A DNA stretch of 64,000 nucleotides. Source: an uncultured Bacteroidales bacterium (GTDB taxonomy: Bacteria > Bacteroidota > Bacteroidia > Bacteroidales > UBA7960). The position numbers and the translations under genes are program-made. The stretch covers positions 9,534 through 73,533 of the forward strand of contig CAZRNU010000001.1 in the NCBI GenBank assembly GCA_964601515.1. The letters are read 5' to 3'. Of the stretch, positions 19,259 to 28,864 are shown piece after piece; within the stretch, counting starts at the first letter, position 1; the number at the start of each line of letters is the position of its first letter. The notes beneath the pieces were generated by a model. The model searched no databases. It saw only the letters and a program-made list of their open reading frames with translations, and was not told the DNA's origin.

Positions 19259-21874
19259 TTACAATCGGCTGGCCAACACTGCAGTTTTTTTGTAGTGCTT
19301 TACATTGCCTTTCGTATCGAAAATTTCAACATGAATTATGTATATTCCAATGTAGGCCTTCTGATTATCATCTGTTGTACCGTCCCATGTGATTACTCCT
19401 TTTGTTGCAAGTAAATAGCTTCTTGTTAGTGTTCTTACGGTTCTTCCCTTAGTGTCAAAAACTGTTATATTTGCAACAAATCCCGGCTCAGGAAACTCAT
19501 AAGCAATATTTAACACATCGTTATGACCTGTATTGTCGGGGGAAAATATCTCCGGATATACAACAATTGGGTCTTCTTGTGTGGCAATGTTGTTTGTAAA
19601 TTGCGAATTCTTAAGCCCCGGTGTTCCAAAGCCAAAACCTTCGGATGCAGAATGCCAGTTAAAAACATCGTTTGATGGTCTGTCGGGGTTAAGCCTTTCA
19701 AGGGCTATCCCTTTTTTATCGGTCAGCAAAGGAAGATGCATACCATCAGTATATACAAGCTGATCTATGATTTTCATGCTTATATGCGATAGAACTACAA
19801 TTCCACTAGTTGTTGTCATGCTAGACATTGTACCTGTTTGGATAAATGTATACTTGTCATGAAATGGATATGTGTTTATTACACTTTCAATGTCAGTTGT
19901 AATTACAGCGTATTCCTGAGGAAATAATAAATAACTGCTTTGGCTAATTTCCTGTATGCTTGTAAGGATGTTTGCAATTGTATCTCTGGAGCTTACTCTG
20001 TATTTGGATAGGTCTATTACTTTTTGAGATCTGTTATATAGTTCAATATAACGAGAAACACCTGTTGGAGCATTAAATAGCAACTCATTTATTACTATAT
20101 CCAAACTATCTGCTATCACAGGAATTGCAACATTTGCATTTTGCTTACCTATAAGATTTCCTGCACAGTCGGCTAATGTGCTTGCTACTGTTACATTATA
20201 TATTGTTCCATTTTGTAATGGAGATGAAAGAATTAACCTAACTGACTGGAAGTCCGGAGAAACAGGGTTTACTTCTGCCGGATTACCTATTCCATTATCG
20301 ATTTCATAATAATTTTTCGAAGCTAAAGTTGCCTCGTCCATAGGTTCACTAAAAAACAATGTAATATTATAAGCATCGTCAAAACCTGCCCTAAGGAGTT
20401 CGGGTTGTGTTGTATCAGAATTGTTCGCGTTTACTGAATTAACCTCTCCCGGAGTTCCTCCTTTTGGAGAAATAGAAGCCTTCCAATTGTTTTTACCTCC
20501 ACAATAGTTATAGGGGTCTATTTGTTCAATCGACCAACCTCCGTCGTCTTTTGAAGTGTCGTTATACCATTTATCTGTATATGAGATTGTATGGATTATT
20601 TCTCCATTTAAATCGTTTAATATAAGCGTTCTTCCGGTGCTTGTAAGAAAATTGACGCCAAGCTCTGCTCCAATTACATTATTTATGGAGCTGAAAAAAG
20701 GCAGGTCTGCTGAATTTACTAAAGTCAAATAGCCTTTGGGAGGTATCAGGCCAAAAGGCAAATCTTTAACCGGGTCTGAGCCTGATTTAAACGTCCAGCC
20801 TTCAATATTGATTTGGTAATTACTGGTGTTGTATAGTTCTATATATTTATATGCAGGCAAATCAACAGCAGGAGAAGGTTTAGGCATTATCTCATTAAAT
20901 ACAACATCATATTTTTGAGGATAGTATAATGAGAAATCACCGGAAAAATCGTTCATTACATTTCCAAAAACATCCTGAACATTTGATATAGAAATATTAT
21001 AAACTGATTGAGGAACAAATTCTTGAGAAAATATTAACCTTGCAATATATGGCTTATTGTCAAGTCTCTCTGCAATTGAAGGCGCGCCAATTCCATTATT
21101 TACAAAATAGTTTGTGGGAATTTCAGCAGTAACTTCATCAATTGCTTTGCTGAAATGAATTTCCAGTGTTGTTGAATTTATTGGAACTAAGTACTTTACA
21201 ACAGGCTTTGTAACATCCGGAACAATATCACCAACTTTTATGTCGTCGAAATAGAATCTATTGATATTGCTTACTGTATAAACGCATTTAACTCCAAAAA
21301 AAGAAGTTGCATTGTATGTATTGTCAGTAACACTGCCTTGTGGAAGAAAAAGATCAGAGCCACTGGGGTCTGCGTAAAAATCCCATTTTCCGTTCAAATC
21401 TCTGGTTACTCTAACCCGAATAACATTATTACTTGTGGCTGCAATATTTGTTGAGCCTTGTAATAATTGCTCTACAGTTTCTCCGTCTTGCCTAAAAAAG
21501 TAAAGCCTTTTATTATCAGTGCCGGTTTTCCCAATTCTAACATAGTACCCGTTTAGTCCTTCATTTAGGTTATTGCTGTTTGACGCTAAATAAATAAGCG
21601 GATAATTATTGTCGGACGGTTCAAAAGTAATTCTTACCCAGAAATCCCATTGGGTATTTATTATTGATTCTGATGCACGAACAAGATATGATGTGCCCGC
21701 GTCCATGGCATTTAATCGGAGAATTTCATCTTCAACACGGAAACTCGCTCTGTCTCCTACCCATGCAGGATCTAAAGCTCCTGAACTAAAATTATCCGAA
21801 AATTGTGCGTTTAATATTGCATTTTGGCTCAGTAAAAACAAGGCCAGAAAAAAAACTCTTTTCATGATGAACAT
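19259..21874 (-). CDS. secreted lamin-tail-domain (LTD) protein with C-terminal sorting-type domain
   Basis: 871-aa ORF with a signal peptide (FFLALFLLSQNAILNAQ). Two LTD-like modules are present (VVFNEIMPKPSP...YIELYNTS and IVINELLFNAPTG..YIELYNRS). The C-terminal FSPDNTGHNDVLNIAYEF...ITVFDTKGRTV resembles FlgD-Ig / gliding-motility C-terminal domains. Confidence 0.75.
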   Translation of the reverse strand: MFIMKRVFFLALFLLSQNAILNAQFSDNFSSGALDPAWVGDRASFRVEDEILRLNAMDAGTSYLVRASESIINTQWDFWVRITFEPSDNNYPLIYLASNSNNLNEGLNGYYVRIGKTGTDNKRLYFFRQDGETVEQLLQGSTNIAATSNNVIRVRVTRDLNGKWDFYADPSGSDLFLPQGSVTDNTYNATSFFGVKCVYTVSNINRFYFDDIKVGDIVPDVTKPVVKYLVPINSTTLEIHFSKAIDEVTAEIPTNYFVNNGIGAPSIAERLDNKPYIARLIFSQEFVPQSVYNISISNVQDVFGNVMNDFSGDFSLYYPQKYDVVFNEIMPKPSPAVDLPAYKYIELYNTSNYQINIEGWTFKSGSDPVKDLPFGLIPPKGYLTLVNSADLPFFSSINNVIGAELGVNFLTSTGRTLILNDLNGEIIHTISYTDKWYNDTSKDDGGWSIEQIDPYNYCGGKNNWKASISPKGGTPGEVNSVNANNSDTTQPELLRAGFDDAYNITLFFSEPMDEATLASKNYYEIDNGIGNPAEVNPVSPDFQSVRLILSSPLQNGTIYNVTVASTLADCAGNLIGKQNANVAIPVIADSLDIVINELLFNAPTGVSRYIELYNRSQKVIDLSKYRVSSRDTIANILTSIQEISQSSYLLFPQEYAVITTDIESVINTYPFHDKYTFIQTGTMSSMTTTSGIVVLSHISMKIIDQLVYTDGMHLPLLTDKKGIALERLNPDRPSNDVFNWHSASEGFGFGTPGLKNSQFTNNIATQEDPIVVYPEIFSPDNTGHNDVLNIAYEFPEPGFVANITVFDTKGRTVRTLTRSYLLATKGVITWDGTTDDNQKAYIGIYIIHVEIFDTKGNVKHYKKTAVLASRL

Positions 21875-21912
21875 AATTTTTTATTTATTTTCCTTAGGGC
21901 TGTAAATATAAG

Positions 21913-21920
21913 TATTTTTG
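21913..21920 (+). promoter_or_regulatory. -7 promoter box for asd
   Basis: TATTTTTG matches TAnnTTTG and lies 43 nt upstream of the ATG at 21964. Confidence 0.45.
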
Positions 21921-21963
21921 CGAGAAAGTTTTTGGTATTTAACAACATTAAACAATCAGCAAA

Positions 21964-22947
21964 ATGAAAATTGCATTAGTAGGAGCAACAGGACTTGTTG
22001 GTAGTGTTATGATTAAAGTTCTGGAGGAGCAAAATGTAAATGTATCTGAATTTTTTCCGGCCGCCTCACAGAGGTCTGTTGGTAAAAAAGTTGTTTTCAA
22101 AGGGAAAGAATACAATGTTTTAACCATTGATAATGCAATTGCTGAAATCCCCGATGTGGCAATTTTTTCAGCAGGTGGCAGTGTTTCTAAAGAATATGCT
22201 CCAAAATTTGCAGAAAAGGGCTGCTTCGTAATTGACAACTCATCGGCATGGAGAATGGATAATAATGTTCCTCTTGTTGTTCCGGAAATAAATCTGCATG
22301 CTATTAATAGCAACACTAAAATAATTGCAAACCCTAATTGTAGCACCATTCAAATGGTTGTTGCACTTGCTCCTCTTCATAAATTATATAAGATAAAGAG
22401 ATTAGTAGTTGCAACTTATCAGTCAGTTACCGGCACAGGCGTAGCTGCTGTTGACCAACTCATGAAAGAACGAAAAGGAGAAGCTTCTGAAAAAGTTTAT
22501 CCTTATCAGATTGACTTAAACTGTTTTCCACATGGAGGCGATTTTCTTGAAAATGGATATACTTCCGAAGAAATGAAGCTTGTTAATGAAACCAGAAAAA
22601 TACTTGAAGCACCGGAAATTATGGTAACTGCAACTGTAGTTAGAATTCCTGTTCTAGGTGGACATTCCGAGGCAGTAAATGTTGAGTTTGAAAAAGATTT
22701 TGATATTGAGGATGTAAAGAATATTTTAAAAGCTTCTCCGGGAATTACCATTCAGGATGATGTTGCTAACAAAGTATATCCAATGCCACTTTTTTCAGAA
22801 GGTAAAGATGATGTTTTTGTTGGTAGGATTAGACGCGACGAATCATGTAAAAATGCATTGAATATGTGGATTGTGTCTGATAATCTTAGAAAGGGCGCCG
22901 CTACAAATGCAGTGCAGATTGCAATGTATTTGGAAAAATTTTTATAA
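21964..22947 (+). CDS. asd: aspartate-semialdehyde dehydrogenase
   Basis: 327-aa ORF with the NAD-binding N-terminus MKIALVGATGLVGS, the active-site context IANPNCSTI, and SDNLRKGAA near the C-terminus. Confidence 0.92.
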   Translation: MKIALVGATGLVGSVMIKVLEEQNVNVSEFFPAASQRSVGKKVVFKGKEYNVLTIDNAIAEIPDVAIFSAGGSVSKEYAPKFAEKGCFVIDNSSAWRMDNNVPLVVPEINLHAINSNTKIIANPNCSTIQMVVALAPLHKLYKIKRLVVATYQSVTGTGVAAVDQLMKERKGEASEKVYPYQIDLNCFPHGGDFLENGYTSEEMKLVNETRKILEAPEIMVTATVVRIPVLGGHSEAVNVEFEKDFDIEDVKNILKASPGITIQDDVANKVYPMPLFSEGKDDVFVGRIRRDESCKNALNMWIVSDNLRKGAATNAVQIAMYLEKFL

Positions 22948-23005
22948 CAAGGTTGGTTGCAGGTTATTTGGTTTTTTTCAGATTTATATGCCAAATAAAC
23001 CATAT

Positions 23006-23107
23006 AGAGACGCCATGCTTGGCGTCTCTGTTCTTGGCGTCTCTGTTGTTTTGCGTCTCTTTTCTTGGCGTCTCTTTTTTACCGGAGACGCCAAGCATGG
23101 CGTCTCT
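23006..23107. repeat. hairpin/half-site array of the AGAGACGCC..GGCGTCTCT family (probable asd terminator region)
   Basis: Hairpin 1 is AGAGACGCCA-tgct-TGGCGTCTCT (23006-23029). Three further half-sites follow at 15-16-nt spacing (TTGGCGTCTCT twice, TTGCGTCTCT once). A second hairpin, GGAGACGCCA-agca-TGGCGTCTCT, occupies 23084-23107. Confidence 0.8.
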
Positions 23108-23256
23108 ACGGATTATTCGGTTTACAAAAATTTTTACCTATTTTTCAGATTTGTTTCATAATTTTGCACACTCCTGAATTGTCAAAATACATTATTTAAT
23201 CAAACAAATCAGGTAGTTTTTGCTTATAATATTAAGCATTCATTTAAAATCATTTT

Positions 23257-24201
23257 ATGACAAACAGCATAAAAAAAGAGTGGTTAATATTGGTAAACCC
23301 CAACGCCGGTGTCGGTAAAGGAATTAAAGATTGGGAAGGTATTTCAAAATTACTTAACGATAATAATTTCGAATATGAAGCCATTTTTACCGAAAGGAAG
23401 ATGCATGCGATTGATTTAGTTAAGGAAAAAATCGCGCAAGGATTTCGAAAGATTATTGTTGTTGGTGGTGATGGTACTATGAATGAAGTTGTAAATGGGA
23501 TTTTTCATCAGGAAATAGTTCCAACAACTGAAATTACACTTGGAATGATCTCCGTTGGTACAGGTAATGACTGGGTAAAAACATTCAATATGCCGCTTGA
23601 TTATGCTGAAGCTATTAGCATTATTAAAGAAGAGCAAACTTTACTTCAGGATGCCGGTATAGTTAAGTTTTATCATGAAACCATACAGAAAATAAGATAC
23701 TTTGTAAATATGGCAGGACTTGGTTTTGATGCAATGGTTGCCAATAAAACTAATGCCGACAAAGAAAAAGGGAAGTCAAACCCCCTGCTTTATATCAAAA
23801 ACCTTTTAACTGTTTTGTTTTCTTATAAATCTACAAACGCTAAGGTTACAGTTGACAATCATGTTGTGAATGACAGAATTTTCAGCATTGGAATTGGTAT
23901 CGGCCAGTATAATGGTGGCGGAATGCAACAAACACCAAATGCAATTCCCGACGATGGGTTATTAGATGTTACTCTAATAAAACATATGAGTCCGCTTAGA
24001 GTAATTGCAGGAGTCAGGAGACTTTATAACGGAACTATAGCTAAACATAAAAGAGTTGAAACCTTTGTTGGCAAAAGCATTTTTATAGAATCTAAAGTGC
24101 CAATTATGCTTGAAGCAGATGGCGAATCTTTGGGTCATTCACCTTTGGAATTCGGTATTGTTCCAAGAAGCGTGAAAGTGATTGTGAATAGAAGGGCTTA
24201 G
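23257..24201 (+). CDS. diacylglycerol/lipid kinase family protein (YegS/BmrU-like)
   Basis: 314-aa ORF with the DAGK catalytic motif VVGGDGTMNEVVNG and GTGNDW. The size and order of motifs are typical. Confidence 0.85.
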   Translation: MTNSIKKEWLILVNPNAGVGKGIKDWEGISKLLNDNNFEYEAIFTERKMHAIDLVKEKIAQGFRKIIVVGGDGTMNEVVNGIFHQEIVPTTEITLGMISVGTGNDWVKTFNMPLDYAEAISIIKEEQTLLQDAGIVKFYHETIQKIRYFVNMAGLGFDAMVANKTNADKEKGKSNPLLYIKNLLTVLFSYKSTNAKVTVDNHVVNDRIFSIGIGIGQYNGGGMQQTPNAIPDDGLLDVTLIKHMSPLRVIAGVRRLYNGTIAKHKRVETFVGKSIFIESKVPIMLEADGESLGHSPLEFGIVPRSVKVIVNRRA

Positions 24202-24268
24202 GGCGTGGGGCAAAGTGCGTGGAGCATAGGGGCTTAGAGCGGAGAGCAGAGTGCGTTGGGCTTGGGAT

Positions 24269-24323
24269 GGGGGTATAAGGTATAAGGTATAAGGTATAAG
24301 GTATAAGGGTGCAGGGTATAGTG
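24269..24323 (+). repeat. GGTATAAG tandem array (solo arm) within a G-rich island following the kinase stop
   Basis: The sequence GGGGGTATAAGGTATAAGGTATAAGGTATAAGGGTGCAGGGTATAGTG has an 8-nt period. It is preceded (24202-24268) by G-rich sequence containing AGTGCGTGGAGC and AGTGCGTTGGGC. Confidence 0.85.
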
Positions 24324-24358
24324 TTAATGAAATTCATATTTAAAACAAACATAAGAAC

Positions 24359-25897
24359 ATGAGTACAAAAGGAGAAGACGTATTTAAGAAAATCATTGCG
24401 CATTGCAAGGAGTATGGTTTTATTTTTCAATCAAGCGAGATTTATGACGGCTTAAGTGCTGTGTATGACTACGGACAAACCGGCTCTGAGCTGAAGAAAA
24501 ATATTATGGATTATTGGTGGAAATCAATGGTTCAATATCACGAAAATATTGTTGGTATTGATGCGGCAATTTTTATGCATCCTACTGTTTGGAAAGCTTC
24601 AGGTCACGTTGATGCATTTAATGACCCGCTTATTGACAATAAAGATTCTAAAAAACGCTATCGTGCAGATGTTCTTATTGAAGATTTTATTGCAAAAATT
24701 GAAGATAAGATTGAGAAAGAGGTTGAAAAAGCTGCTTCAAGGTTTGGTGACTCGTTTGATAGAAAAATGTTTGTTGAAACTAACCCAAGAGTTGTTGAAA
24801 ATCAACAAAAGATTAATAACATTAAAACTCGCTTTGTTAAAGCTCTTGAAGAAAACGACTTGAAGGATGTCAAAGCATTAATTGAAGAGCTTGGCATTGT
24901 TTGCCCTATATCGGGTTCGCGCAACTGGACTGACGTAAGACAATTTAATCTTATGTTCAACACTCAGATGGGTTCTCTAAGTGAAGATGCATCTATGGTT
25001 TATTTGAGACCGGAAACAGCGCAGGGAATTTTTGTGAACTACCTTAATGTGCAAAAAACAGGCAGAATGAAACTTCCATTTGGTATTGCTCAAATTGGCA
25101 AGGCTTTCCGTAATGAAATTATTGCAAGGCAATTTATTTTCAGAATGAGAGAATTTGAACAAATGGAAATGCAGTTCTTTGTTAAGCCGGGAGAAGAAAA
25201 GAAATGGTACGAATACTGGAAAACTGAACGTATGCGTTGGCATACTGCTTTAGGAATTCCTTCCGAAAAATATCGCTTCCACGATCATGATAAACTTGCT
25301 CACTATGCAAATGCTGCTGCAGATATAGAGTTTGAGTTTCCTTTCGGATTTAAAGAACTTGAAGGAATTCACTCCCGCACAGATTTTGACCTTTCATCTC
25401 ATCAAAAATACTCAGGCAAGAAGCTGCAATTTTTTGACCCAGTTACAAATGAAAGTTATGTTCCTTACGTCGTTGAAACTTCAATTGGCCTCGACAGAAT
25501 GTTCCTTGCAATTGTAAGTAACTCATATAACGAGGAAAAACTAGAAGACGGCACAGAAAGAGTTGTTATGAACATTCCACCGGCTCTTGCACCTGTTAAA
25601 ATTGCCGTTCTGCCGCTTGTTAAGAAAGATGGACTTAACGACAAAGCAAGAGAATTATTTGACTATCTCAAGTACGATTTTATGTGTCAGTATGATGAAA
25701 AAGATGCTATTGGAAGAAGATACAGACGTCAGGATGCTATCGGAACACCATACTGTATAACTGTTGACTACGATACTATGCAAGATAATACCGTTACTAT
25801 CAGAGAAAGAGATTCTATGCAACAAGACAGAATTCCAATTGAAAAGATTTCGGAAGTTGTTGCTAAGAGGATTGATATTAGGAAGAGGCAAGGGTAA
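24359..25897 (+). CDS. glyQS: glycine--tRNA ligase (dimeric class II type)
   Basis: 512-aa ORF. The N-terminus FKKIIAHCKEYGFIFQSSEIYDGLSAVYDYGQTG, the class II motifs (FRNEI..R..FIFRMREFEQMEMQFF) and the C-terminal anticodon-binding domain are recognisable. Confidence 0.92.
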   Translation: MSTKGEDVFKKIIAHCKEYGFIFQSSEIYDGLSAVYDYGQTGSELKKNIMDYWWKSMVQYHENIVGIDAAIFMHPTVWKASGHVDAFNDPLIDNKDSKKRYRADVLIEDFIAKIEDKIEKEVEKAASRFGDSFDRKMFVETNPRVVENQQKINNIKTRFVKALEENDLKDVKALIEELGIVCPISGSRNWTDVRQFNLMFNTQMGSLSEDASMVYLRPETAQGIFVNYLNVQKTGRMKLPFGIAQIGKAFRNEIIARQFIFRMREFEQMEMQFFVKPGEEKKWYEYWKTERMRWHTALGIPSEKYRFHDHDKLAHYANAAADIEFEFPFGFKELEGIHSRTDFDLSSHQKYSGKKLQFFDPVTNESYVPYVVETSIGLDRMFLAIVSNSYNEEKLEDGTERVVMNIPPALAPVKIAVLPLVKKDGLNDKARELFDYLKYDFMCQYDEKDAIGRRYRRQDAIGTPYCITVDYDTMQDNTVTIRERDSMQQDRIPIEKISEVVAKRIDIRKRQG

Positions 25898-25937
25898 GTT
25901 GTAAGTCGGCAGTCGGCAGTCGGCAGTCGAAAGTCAA
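25896..25937 (+). repeat. heptamer tandem array (CAGTCGG-type), starting inside the glyQS stop codon
   Basis: Six 7-nt units are present: AAGTTGT AAGTCGG CAGTCGG CAGTCGG CAGTCGA AAGTCAA. The core units are perfect and the edges are degenerate. Confidence 0.8.
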
Positions 25938-25958
25938 TAAGTATAGAAAATCTTATTA

Positions 25959-26930
25959 ATGACTCTTAAGGAAATACAAGCACCGCTCAATGAGCATCTC
26001 GACAAATTCAATGTCTTGTTTCGTGAGACAATGAAGAGCAGGGCTCCTTTGCTAAATACAATCACCAGATATATTGTAAAACGCAAGGGAAAGCAAATGC
26101 GTCCTCTTTTTGTATTTTTCTCAGCTGAGTTGTGTGGTGAAATATCTGAAAAAACATACAGAGCTGCAGCTTTGATAGAACTTCTGCATACTGCTACGCT
26201 TATTCACGATGACGTTGTAGACGATTCAAACGAAAGAAGGGGTTTCTTTTCACTTAACGCGTTATGGAAAAATAAAATTTCCGTTCTGGTTGGAGACTAT
26301 CTTCTCTCAAGAGGTATGCTGCTTTCAGTAGAAAATAACGATCATGACCTTCTTAAAATAGTTTCCAATAGCGTTAAAGTAATGAGCGAAGGGGAGTTGT
26401 TGCAAATGGAGAAAGCTCGCAAACTCGACATCAAAGAAGAGATTTACTTTGAAATAATTCGTCAGAAAACAGCATCCCTAATCGCTTCTTGCTTTGCCTG
26501 TGGAGCGGCTTCAGCCGGCGCAAATGAAGAGATTATTTCCAAACTTTACAATATAGGAGAAAACATTGGAATGGCATTTCAGATTAAAGATGATTTAATT
26601 GATTTAGAAAACACAAAAAAATCCGGCAAGCCTTCAGGTGTTGATATTAAAGAAAGAAAGCTAACTCTGCCTCTGATTTTTCTTCTTAACAATTCATCAT
26701 ACCTGGAAAAAAGAAAAATACTCAAGATTGTTAAAAAGCATAATCATAATGAAGAAAAAGTTGAAGGACTCATTGCTTTAGTAAAAGATAAAGGCGGAAT
26801 AGATTATGCAAAACAAAAAATGGCCGAATATAAGAATATAGCAATGTCAGAATTGAATCTGATGCCTGAATGTAATGCCAGAGAATCTCTTAAAGAATTA
26901 GTGGAATTTACTATTGCCAGATCGAGTTAA
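25959..26930 (+). CDS. polyprenyl diphosphate synthase (IspB-like)
   Basis: 323-aa ORF with two Asp-rich motifs (LIHDDVVDDS and FQIKDDLID) at trans-prenyltransferase spacing. Confidence 0.88.
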   Translation: MTLKEIQAPLNEHLDKFNVLFRETMKSRAPLLNTITRYIVKRKGKQMRPLFVFFSAELCGEISEKTYRAAALIELLHTATLIHDDVVDDSNERRGFFSLNALWKNKISVLVGDYLLSRGMLLSVENNDHDLLKIVSNSVKVMSEGELLQMEKARKLDIKEEIYFEIIRQKTASLIASCFACGAASAGANEEIISKLYNIGENIGMAFQIKDDLIDLENTKKSGKPSGVDIKERKLTLPLIFLLNNSSYLEKRKILKIVKKHNHNEEKVEGLIALVKDKGGIDYAKQKMAEYKNIAMSELNLMPECNARESLKELVEFTIARSS

Positions 26931-27045
26931 ATTATTTCTTTCTGCTTTTTCTCAACAAGGTTTTTGTTAATTTTGCGTTTGATTTAATGTGATATTAGCA
27001 TTGTTATTTCTTATACAAGACTGTTATAATTCAAACCCTAATAAA

Positions 27046-28785
27046 ATGAAGAAAGCAACTAATTATTTGATTTGTTTTGCCTTAACTCTTTCTGTTTTTT
27101 CAACAGGAGTTTTGTATTCTCAGGAAGTTTCTGTAAGAGCGGAAGATGGTGAACTTAAAGGTTTTGGTGAGTTCAGCGAAGGAGAGAAACATGGTATTTG
27201 GAAATACTATAATCAGGATGAGGTTTTGCGCGAAACAGGTAATTATGAATATGGAGTTAGAACTGAGGAATGGACTTTCTATAATTCTGAAGGAGTTAAA
27301 TCACATACAATAAATTATTCAAATAATGTTTTTACTTCATTCTATGATTCCGGAATTACAGAAAAAAGCGGAAGAATAGTTGATGGTGCCAAGCAAGGTT
27401 TATGGAAATATTATTATTCCGACGGAGAAAAACAAATGGAAGGTGATTTTAAAGATGGTGAAAAAACCGGCGTTTGGAAGTATTGGTCAAATATTGGATT
27501 ATTAAGCTTTACAATAAATCAGGCGACAGGAATACATACTTATTATTATCACGATGGAACCAAAAGCGAAGAAGGGGTTAAAGTTGATAATGTAAAAACC
27601 GGAAAATGGGCTTATTGGTATCTAAACGGAAATAAATGGTCGGAAGGAAATTATAAAAATGGTGAAAAAACCGGCCTCTGGGAATACTGGTACGACGATG
27701 GAGTAAAATGGGCTGAAGTGCAAATTGAAGAAGGAACTTCAAAAAGCTGGTACCCCGATGGAAAAATTGAAAAAACAGGCAGCGTTAAAAATTCATTAAT
27801 GCATGGACTTTGGACTTTCTATTATGAAAATGGAAATATTAAAGAAAAATCAAACTATGTTGCTGGAAAGAAGCAAGGTGAAAGTGAACAGTTTTATGAA
27901 AGTGGTAAAATAGAATTCAAAGGAGTATATTTTGAAGGCCGCCTTAATGGATATGCATACTGGTGGTATGAAAATGAAAATCCTGAAATGGAAGGAGGTC
28001 TGAAGAATGACCTACAAGACAGTACCTGGGTTTTTTATCAAAGAAACGGGATAAAAGCCAGTACAGGAAATTTTAAAGAAGGAGTGCAGCATGGTAAGTG
28101 GGTATATTTTTATTTTACCGGAGAAAAGCTTAGAGAAGGAAGCTTTGTTGAAGGCAAAAGACAGGGTTTATGGACAACATATTACGAAGATGGAAAGAAA
28201 AGCCACGAAGGACATTTTCTCGATGGGAAAGAAAATGGTGTGTGGGAAAGCTGGTATGAAAACGGCAGAATGAAAGACCGCGGAACTTTTTCTATGGGCG
28301 TTATGGATGCATTATGGGAAGGCTGGTACGAAGATGGAAAGAAAAGATATTTAGTTAACTATGTAGTAAAAGAAATTGACGGAGAACGTCAAAGTTTAAG
28401 ACACGGATTGTCGCAACATTGGTATGAAAACGGCAATATGCGCTCCAAAGGCGACTTTGCCGAAGGTCTTGAAAATGGTTTTTGGAAACAATGGTATGCC
28501 AATAATAAACTTATGGAAGAAGGCCCTTATGTGAATGGCAAAAAACAAGGCGACTGGTATTTTTATGACGATGCGGGCTGGAAAATTCGTCAACAACAGT
28601 TTATTGATAACAAACCTGAAGGGCATTTTATCGTTTTCTACAAGCATGGAGTGAAAAAACAGGAAGGATACTATCGCAATAGCGAAAAGCACGGGAATTG
28701 GGCAACATGGGATCCTGATGGAAAGTTGTTGCAAAAAATGAAGTTCAAAAACGGAAGATTGGTTAAGGAGAAAACCTATAATTAG
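27046..28785 (+). CDS. MORN-repeat-variant (YwqK-like) repeat protein, secreted
   Basis: The start is taken at the ATG (MKKATNYLICFALTLSVFSTGVLYSQ, a signal peptide); the ORF-track GTG at 26989 adds 19 aa. There are more than 20 repeats of the G-x-W-x-x-[YW]-Y-x-[ND]-G-x-K-x-x-E-G-x-[YF]-x-x-G-K-x-x-G type. Confidence 0.8.
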   Translation: MKKATNYLICFALTLSVFSTGVLYSQEVSVRAEDGELKGFGEFSEGEKHGIWKYYNQDEVLRETGNYEYGVRTEEWTFYNSEGVKSHTINYSNNVFTSFYDSGITEKSGRIVDGAKQGLWKYYYSDGEKQMEGDFKDGEKTGVWKYWSNIGLLSFTINQATGIHTYYYHDGTKSEEGVKVDNVKTGKWAYWYLNGNKWSEGNYKNGEKTGLWEYWYDDGVKWAEVQIEEGTSKSWYPDGKIEKTGSVKNSLMHGLWTFYYENGNIKEKSNYVAGKKQGESEQFYESGKIEFKGVYFEGRLNGYAYWWYENENPEMEGGLKNDLQDSTWVFYQRNGIKASTGNFKEGVQHGKWVYFYFTGEKLREGSFVEGKRQGLWTTYYEDGKKSHEGHFLDGKENGVWESWYENGRMKDRGTFSMGVMDALWEGWYEDGKKRYLVNYVVKEIDGERQSLRHGLSQHWYENGNMRSKGDFAEGLENGFWKQWYANNKLMEEGPYVNGKKQGDWYFYDDAGWKIRQQQFIDNKPEGHFIVFYKHGVKKQEGYYRNSEKHGNWATWDPDGKLLQKMKFKNGRLVKEKTYN

Positions 28786-28864
28786 GCTAAAAATTTTTTT
28801 AAGCCTCATTCCAACCATTCTGTTATATATTACGTCTTATAAATGAATTATAATTGGTTGAGGC

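Noticed and set aside
23006-23107. Possible miniature CRISPR array (repeated 11-mer with regular spacing).
   Set aside because: The repeats are only ~11 nt and the 'spacers' only 4-5 nt. Five to six copies are present, and they are palindromic with the flanks. There are no cas genes or leader in the window, so this is not CRISPR-like.
22871-23177. ORFs 22871-23161 and 22953-23177, whose products contain repeated LGVSV / LASL strings.
   Set aside because: The repetitive peptide is simply the translation of the TTGGCGTCTCT half-site array. The ORFs span an intergenic hairpin region and overlap the asd 3' end.
24104-24430. A 108-aa minus-strand ORF spanning the dagK-glyQS spacer (IPYTLYLIPYTPIP...).
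   Set aside because: The peptide periodicity mirrors the GGTATAAG tandem array, and the ORF overlaps both flanking genes' ends. It is an artefact of stop-free repeat DNA.
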